A DNA stretch of 64,000 nt from Promethearchaeota archaeon (lineage in GTDB: Archaea > Asgardarchaeota > Heimdallarchaeia > Hodarchaeales > Hodarchaeaceae): the NCBI GenBank assembly GCA_048938105.1, contig JBHLMN010000016.1:1-64000 (forward strand), written 5' to 3'. The position numbers and the translations under genes are program-made. Of the stretch, positions 58,571-64,000 are shown in pieces. Below the pieces are notes generated by a model, which had not been told where the DNA came from, made no database searches, and worked only from the letters and a program-made list of their open reading frames with translations. How positions within the stretch are numbered: position 1 is the first letter of the stretch; the number at the start of each line of letters is the position of its first letter.

Positions 58571-59309
58571 GGACTAACAGTCCTTTATTTTTCTCGAAAC
58601 CAATAGGTTGAGGCGTCTCTGAATGGGCAGATCCTCTAAACTTACGTATGCTTAGTGTTCTATTGTATATTCCACCTAGTCCTATATGATCAAGTTCAAT
58701 AATTGAGTCAGACAAAAAAAGTGGTATTCTTGCCAAAGTTTTGCCAAAACCCTTTTCGATTGTAACTACAGATGTGCCGATCTTTCTTAAGGAAGTAAAA
58801 ATTCGGTTGATTACATTTCTTTGGTGATTTGGTTCTGGAATTTCAAGAAGTAATGGAGTGAGAGGATCAATGGCTATACGAATACCGCCATGATAGCTAT
58901 TTGCTGTTTCCTTGATGACTTCTAGATACTTTGGTAGCTCGGACATAAAAAAGCGTAATGCAATCTCACCTGAAGTTAAGTCTGAATCTTCAGAAAATGC
59001 AACTTGAAATTGCAAATTTCCTTTTCGATATTTCTCTTCAAATTTCACAAGACCAATATCACTACAATCTTGGAACACTGAATCAATATTTTGTTCTAAA
59101 GATACATATAAAGCTGGGGATTGGGGGTCTTCAGAACAAAATTGCCAACAAAAAGTTGATTTACCGCATCCAGGGTCAGCGATAATTACGTTAACTGAAT
59201 TTTTGCGAAATCCACCAAAGACTAAATTATCGAAACCAGGGACACCACTTAATATTCTATTATATTCTTGTTTATACATTTTTCTTAACAATTTTTGCAT
59301 TAAAACCAC
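58557..59309 (-). CDS. KaiC/RAD55-like RecA-fold ATPase (single domain)
   Basis: SGVPGFD-x-x-x-x-GG, PGCGKS, YVSLEQ, IAID, IRKFRG. Confidence 0.88.
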   Translation of the reverse strand: MVLMQKLLRKMYKQEYNRILSGVPGFDNLVFGGFRKNSVNVIIADPGCGKSTFCWQFCSEDPQSPALYVSLEQNIDSVFQDCSDIGLVKFEEKYRKGNLQFQVAFSEDSDLTSGEIALRFFMSELPKYLEVIKETANSYHGGIRIAIDPLTPLLLEIPEPNHQRNVINRIFTSLRKIGTSVVTIEKGFGKTLARIPLFLSDSIIELDHIGLGGIYNRTLSIRKFRGSAHSETPQPIGFEKNKGLLVHEIS

Positions 59310-59310
59310 C

Positions 59311-59922
59311 TTAAGAGATTAATAGATGTTTTGAGATTTCAAATGATAATTCTGAGGAAAATTTAGCCCTTCCCCTCTCGATATTCTGAATATATTCAAT
59401 AACAGTTTGAAAAATACCTATTACGGAAATAACATCCTTTACTGAACATTTGAAAGAAGTTATGCACTGAAATCTTTTCTGAAAGGGTATTAAATCGAAT
59501 CCCCTTTCTTCAGAAGAAGCCATATCAGATTTTGTTCCAATTAAGAACCTGGGTACATGAGGTTCAATAAAATCTATCCATTCAGGGATAGAAAAAAGGG
59601 ATGATAGATCTGTTAGATCAAAACATAAGAGTGCAGCATCAGAACCCTTGCAAAACTCCCTAAAAACTCCCATATTCTTAAATTGTTCTTGTCCTCCTAG
59701 ATCCCAAATTTGGAGTTTACAAAAGGTATTCTTACGATCTGAAAGTATTTTCGAATGAAATTCTACAGCAATTGTTTGTTTTGCTTCACTAAAAAAAGAA
59801 TTATTGATGAATGTCTTTGATATAGTTGTTTTTCCAACTCCTCCTTCCCCTAAGATGACAATTTTCATTGGTTTTTTATTATCTGGAGGCAATAACCTCA
59901 TAAGCCACACCAATACTCCCAA
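59311..59922 (-). CDS. Rab/Ras-like small GTPase
   Basis: GEGGVGKT, TIAVEF, WDLGGQE, TKSD, CSVK. Confidence 0.92.
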   Translation of the reverse strand: MGVLVWLMRLLPPDNKKPMKIVILGEGGVGKTTISKTFINNSFFSEAKQTIAVEFHSKILSDRKNTFCKLQIWDLGGQEQFKNMGVFREFCKGSDAALLCFDLTDLSSLFSIPEWIDFIEPHVPRFLIGTKSDMASSEERGFDLIPFQKRFQCITSFKCSVKDVISVIGIFQTVIEYIQNIERGRAKFSSELSFEISKHLLIS

Positions 59923-60055
59923 TACAAAATTTGATTTTAATTACCCAAGAATCATATTTGTATTGCTAATTTTTAGGAGGTTAAAAGACACAATGGAATA
60001 GGGAGATTGATGAAGAAATGACATCAATTATAGGAAAAAAGGAGATTCTTTTATA

Positions 60056-60229
60056 GTGAAACGATTAAGAAAGGATAGAAGAGGTTCACCTTTAGTTGAA
60101 GAAGGAATATTAATAGGGCTGAGCTTATTCGGTTTTTTGCTTATTTTATCAATTGTGACTGGAGTTCTTGATTGGCTTCTAATTAATGCTGATGAATTAC
60201 TACAAGAGTTAGGATCTTTGTTTACTTAA
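60056..60229 (+). CDS. Flp/type IV pilin-like protein (57 aa, absent from ORF track)
   Basis: MKRLRKDRRG/SPLVEEGILIGLSLFGFLLILSIV...: basic leader, Gly at -1, Glu at +5, hydrophobic helix; SD AGGAG. Confidence 0.72.
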   Translation: MKRLRKDRRGSPLVEEGILIGLSLFGFLLILSIVTGVLDWLLINADELLQELGSLFT

Positions 60230-60406
60230 ACGATAAACATTATTTTCTTGAAAATATTCCAAGGGCTAAAGGTCTGATAAGCACACTCCTTTTTTAAAGA
60301 ATTTTCCTTATTATCATATTTAAAAAGAGTTCAAGGCTACAATAATACAACCTACCATCCTATATTCATAACTATGCTCTTTTTCGAGATTTTTTTAAAG
60401 AATTAG

Positions 60407-60481
60407 TGGACCGAATGGGATTTGAACCCACGACCTCCTGATTGCAAGCCAGGCGCTACTTCCAGGCTGAGCTATCGGCCC
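60407..60481 (-). tRNA. tRNA-Ala(TGC)
   Basis: GGGCCGA/TCGGTCC-A with G3:U70; CT-TGC-AA loop. Confidence 0.96.
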
Positions 60482-60524
60482 TAAATATCCAGAACGTTGA
60501 AGTTATTTTTTTCTTAAAAATTTT

Positions 60525-61091
60525 TCAATTTTCGTCGAGATGACGGTTTTTCCAAATTCTCTGAGGTTCCTGTTTAGATCTAAATCGTAATTGCTCTAGA
60601 TAACGATAAACAGTACCATGTTTCGATCCATGAACTAGCTGCATAATAGCTTCTCTTGCATTTTTGATTTCTGAAATCTCTCCAATGAGCGAAACCTGAT
60701 TACCGAAAATAGAAATCATTACTTCAGTACTTGTCTCTATCATCTTTCTTGCTTTTCCTTTCTCTCCAATAATTCGTGATTTTATTCTCTTAATCGTATT
60801 TTTCGATCCTTCTAGCTCAATGGTCTCTAGAAAGACATCATCGTCTAATAAATAGAAAGCTTTTTCCGCACTGAAACCTCTACCGATTGCTTTAACAATA
60901 TCGCGAGCCTTCCATACAACTGTAGGATCTGTCATATCTGAAGTTGATGATATATGAACTGAACCGTCTTCACTGTTGATTTTGATAGAAACACCAGTAA
61001 TAGACTCTATTTCTGATTTTACTTTCCCTTTTTTTCCAATCACTACCCCAATTCGACTTTTTGGAATTTTTAAGTGGCTTTCTATTACCAT
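60525..61091 (-). CDS. KH-domain rRNA processing protein Dim2/Pno1
   Basis: IG-x-x-G KH motifs, AIGRGFS, G-x-x-H-x-x-VY; adjacent to rio1. Confidence 0.93.
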   Translation of the reverse strand: MVIESHLKIPKSRIGVVIGKKGKVKSEIESITGVSIKINSEDGSVHISSTSDMTDPTVVWKARDIVKAIGRGFSAEKAFYLLDDDVFLETIELEGSKNTIKRIKSRIIGEKGKARKMIETSTEVMISIFGNQVSLIGEISEIKNAREAIMQLVHGSKHGTVYRYLEQLRFRSKQEPQRIWKNRHLDEN

Positions 61092-61135
61092 TCGGTCAAT
61101 TTCACCCTAAAACTTCTTCAGGTCTATTAATAGGT

Positions 61136-61966
61136 TTATAATATAAGATTTTTATCTGGAAAATTAATGGTTATTTCATTAAATAACTCTTTTTCGTTAG
61201 GAACCACCAATCCCTTCATTTTAAAGGACGATAGAACATTTTTCAGGTCTCGTTTTAGAAATTCTAAAGCCCTAGGATGCGAAATTAGAACACTTTGACT
61301 CATGTCAATGAAATAAGGAGTCTGATCTGCCATTATAACGTTGAATGGTGATAAATCAGCATGTACAAGGTCAGCACGTTGAAAAAGAAGTTTAATCTGA
61401 TTTATTATCTGGATTAATGTGGATTTTGTAAATGCTTTTGGTGTAAATTTTAATAATGGATATGGATTTCCTTCTTTTCCTAGGAGTTCCATCAGTAGAA
61501 TGTTGTTTTTTACTAAAATTGGCTTTGGAACATTAATTTTTGCCAAAGAGCTTCGCTGGAGATTACTATATTCCTTTTCAACCCAAAGATTTATGATGTG
61601 ACGGGTTTTTTTGCTATGCTTCTGAAACCTTTTGTCCCCATGAATATAACGGATAATTTGTTTGAAATTTAATGTGCTTGTACGAAATATCTTCACAACA
61701 ATAGGTGATTTTATTGAGTATGCTTCACAATATTCCATTCCTTTTGGTCCGAGTTCGGCCAGAAAAACACCAGATTCTTTTCCAGAGGCAATTGTTCCAG
61801 TAATTGAATCTATAAATCCTTTATTTTGCAGTTGTTTCAAGTATTTTGCAGTATTCAGATCAATCACTGCATCAACAGTCTGAAAATCTTCAGACCTCTT
61901 TTTTCTTTTCCGCCATCGATCCTCATTTAGGCCTATATTCCATATCTTCTTATCATTTGGTTTCAT
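61136..61966 (-). CDS. rio1: RIO1 family atypical kinase
   Basis: SGKES, VKIFR, W-x-x-KEY-x-NL, VHADLS-x-FN, IDMSQSV. Confidence 0.95.
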   Translation of the reverse strand: MKPNDKKIWNIGLNEDRWRKRKKRSEDFQTVDAVIDLNTAKYLKQLQNKGFIDSITGTIASGKESGVFLAELGPKGMEYCEAYSIKSPIVVKIFRTSTLNFKQIIRYIHGDKRFQKHSKKTRHIINLWVEKEYSNLQRSSLAKINVPKPILVKNNILLMELLGKEGNPYPLLKFTPKAFTKSTLIQIINQIKLLFQRADLVHADLSPFNVIMADQTPYFIDMSQSVLISHPRALEFLKRDLKNVLSSFKMKGLVVPNEKELFNEITINFPDKNLIL

Positions 61967-62618
61967 TCCTTGATGGCCTCAAATTAAGAATTAATTGTTT
62001 ACCAAAGTATTTTGATGTGATTCTTGATTGGATAGTTTCACAATTCGGGCATTCTAATCTATTTCGTCTTTTGTACTCTAATTCATGGCCACACTGGACA
62101 CAATAGGAAATTACTACACCCAATCCATCCCCAATTAAACTAATATAAACTGGTTTTATTGCTCTAATTATTCGAAATCTAAGCCAATCCCCTGGTCGAG
62201 CCACCTCGTACATATTCTTCACAAAACGTCGTGAAGCTTCCGAGATATGCAGCACAGCGCTGATAGGAATCGAAAGGTTTTCATTATTTAGGTGATATAT
62301 ATTAACTGATGCAATTTGTTTTTTCATGAATTCTACCCGTCCCAATCCAACATCACCATTCTTCACTGAACGGTGAGGGTGTTTTGGGATCACCGAGATT
62401 TTATGTTTTTTAGAATCCGTTACTACTTGACCGACGATTTTTGAATAAATGCTCCCATCTTGTTCATAACAGGTTTCATCTGGTAAGAATTCTTCTATTA
62501 CTGCAATCTTGTCACCTGGTAATACCCAATCATTGTTAACTTCAGATTTCTTGATATTATTCATCTTCATTCCTAATAGTTCTATCCAATATAGCTTTTT
62601 AATATGATTCGAGTACAA
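61953..62618 (-). CDS. csl4: Exosome subunit Csl4 (true start probably ~17-19 codons downstream)
   Basis: VLPGD-x-IAVIEEFLP, S1 domain, LGVV-x-x-x-C-x-x-CG...CPNC. Confidence 0.92.
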   Translation of the reverse strand: MYSNHIKKLYWIELLGMKMNNIKKSEVNNDWVLPGDKIAVIEEFLPDETCYEQDGSIYSKIVGQVVTDSKKHKISVIPKHPHRSVKNGDVGLGRVEFMKKQIASVNIYHLNNENLSIPISAVLHISEASRRFVKNMYEVARPGDWLRFRIIRAIKPVYISLIGDGLGVVISYCVQCGHELEYKRRNRLECPNCETIQSRITSKYFGKQLILNLRPSRNETK

Positions 62619-62966
62619 AATCAGCGAAGTGATTTATAGAATCAGATTGACCATGAAGTCATCTCATATCTCTCTTTAGACCTCATTCATATCTTCTAAA
62701 AATGTGGAGCTAAAATATCAGAATCAAACGGTACAAAAAACGGTACAGAGGAGGTATTTCAATTGGGTATGGTCCTGAATGGAACCAGGGATCTCAGCTT
62801 GGAGAGAAGAATAACCAAAATATTATCGCCATCACTTATAATAAATATATGTAACAATTGGCAAAAAAAACAAAGCACGGGGGATATTGGTTGTTAAAAT
62901 AAATTAAGGTAAACTGTAAATTTACTATTTTTAATTTACTTTGGTTATTAGAGGAAATATTCGCTT

Positions 62967-63674
62967 TTATATTATTTCATTGATTCTATAGACATCAACA
63001 CGAACATAATGGCTCTTTTTTTTATGAAATCTAAATAATGGTGGAATCGGGAATTCTAAAGTTGCTAATATTTCACATGATTTATTATAAGATCGACTTA
63101 TCCTATTAATGAGCTTTCGTGATTCCTGATTTGATTTATGAATAGAAATTACTTTTTTAGAAAAAACCAAAGCTTTTTCCAAAAATACAACGTCAATGCC
63201 CCTACGCTTTGTGCCAAATGGTGGATTCATTATTGATAATTCATAAGAATTCTTCCAGGAATAGGTTTCGAGAAATTCAATAGCTGATATTAACAGCTCT
63301 ACTTCGAGCTTTTGCTCTTTAAAGAGCCTTTTCAAATCATATATGGTCTTAGAATCTACATCAACGCAGAGTAAATGTGTTGAAAAGAATTTTACTAGTG
63401 GTAAACTGATTCTCCCAGTACCTGACCCAAATTCAACAATTCTCTGATTTTTTAAATCTTTTTCTAAAGAAACTAGAATAAAAGCAATGAGCTGCGCTGG
63501 TAATGTATATTGTTCTAATTGTATTTTTCCTTTGTGAAATGAATTGATGGTATTTACATAATTAAATATATTTTTATACAAAGAAAATTCATCATGTGTC
63601 CAATTCACGGCCTTAGGAAATAATAATCTGAATTCAGTAGGAACCCATTTTTTCCCAGACATTCTTTCTATCAC
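62967..63674 (-). CDS. METTL5-family N6-adenine RNA methyltransferase
   Basis: LEQY, FGSGTG, MNPPFG, D-x-x-FL, SIHK, FHKK. Confidence 0.88.
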   Translation of the reverse strand: MIERMSGKKWVPTEFRLLFPKAVNWTHDEFSLYKNIFNYVNTINSFHKGKIQLEQYTLPAQLIAFILVSLEKDLKNQRIVEFGSGTGRISLPLVKFFSTHLLCVDVDSKTIYDLKRLFKEQKLEVELLISAIEFLETYSWKNSYELSIMNPPFGTKRRGIDVVFLEKALVFSKKVISIHKSNQESRKLINRISRSYNKSCEILATLEFPIPPLFRFHKKKSHYVRVDVYRINEII

Positions 63675-63731
63675 ACATCAAAACAATATAAAACCGAGAA
63701 ATTATGGGCTTCTATCTAGAAATGATTAAAA

Positions 63732-64000
63732 CTACCGCATAGGTTTCTCTTTTTTTCCAGAGAGTAAAGCACTGAGGCTAACTCCATTTACATGAACAAC
63801 TTTATATCTCACGCCTGGTAAGTCACCTATGGCACCACCTTTTGCACCACCGATCCCTTCTATTATTATTTCATCATGCTCATCAATAAATAAAAGACCT
63901 CCATCGCCAGGAACAAAGGCAGTAACTTGTTTTCCATTTTTTATAAGTTGTACTCTTACACATTTTCTAATTGCAGAATTTGGTTGTTTAGATTCAATTC
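63732..64000 (-). CDS. rps12: Ribosomal protein uS12 (5'-truncated by window edge)
   Basis: [32 protein letters not shown]...[11 protein letters not shown]. Confidence 0.97.
   Translation of the reverse strand, partial: IESKQPNSAIRKCVRVQLIKNGKQVTAFVPGDGGLLFIDEHDEIIIEGIGGAKGGAIGDLPGVRYKVVHVNGVSLSALLSGKKEKPMR

Noticed and set aside
1108-62106. Many short ORFs antisense to or nested within confident genes (e.g. 1108-1368, 11369-11767, 30221-30700)
   Set aside because: Shadow frames of well-supported genes, with no recognisable motifs.
62620-62960. Intergenic region with AAACGGTACA duplication and scattered CTGA boxes
   Set aside because: Only a 10-nt tandem copy; no coherent ORF or RNA structure found.
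1-64000. CRISPR array, IS elements, integrase or tRNA-integrated island
   Set aside because: No regularly spaced repeats, no transposase or integrase motifs, and no duplicated tRNA 3' ends seen.

Overview
AT-rich archaeal chromosomal segment, very probably from an Asgard archaeon (Heimdallarchaeia/Hodarchaeales-like). The inference rests on eukaryote-like STT3, ribophorin I, Wbp1/OST48-like, two-domain Rpb5, Rab-like GTPase and roadblock genes. Most of the window is core housekeeping: an ORB-marked replication origin beside cdc6/orc1 and PolD DP1; rpoB-secE-spt5-uL10; a rearranged r-protein/aIF6/prefoldin/ftsY operon; valS, truD, tiaS, dhs, speB, secY, rio1, dim2, csl4, METTL5 and partial uS12; and five tRNAs, three of which carry a total of five BHB-type introns, four at non-canonical sites. 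Strongest unannotated signals: (1) an HIV-like -1 frameshift cassette (U UUU UUA, 6-nt spacer, 10-bp hairpin) that would fuse a MoxR AAA+ ATPase to a VWA/MIDAS protein; (2) a eukaryote-style dual-guide box C/D sRNA complementary to two peptidyl-transferase-centre sites of LSU rRNA; (3) an origin interleaved with three wHTH genes, a DUF6788-like gene and a repeated non-ORB 15-mer; (4) a small GTPase-KaiC-roadblock-FIST operon facing an unannotated Flp-like pilin; (5) an Oxa1-superfamily DUF106 insertase with a ~215-aa extracellular insertion; (6) apparent CUG start codons; (7) a bacterial-type AcpS-FkbH-ACP cluster. All family assignments come from motif recognition by eye; no database searches were run.
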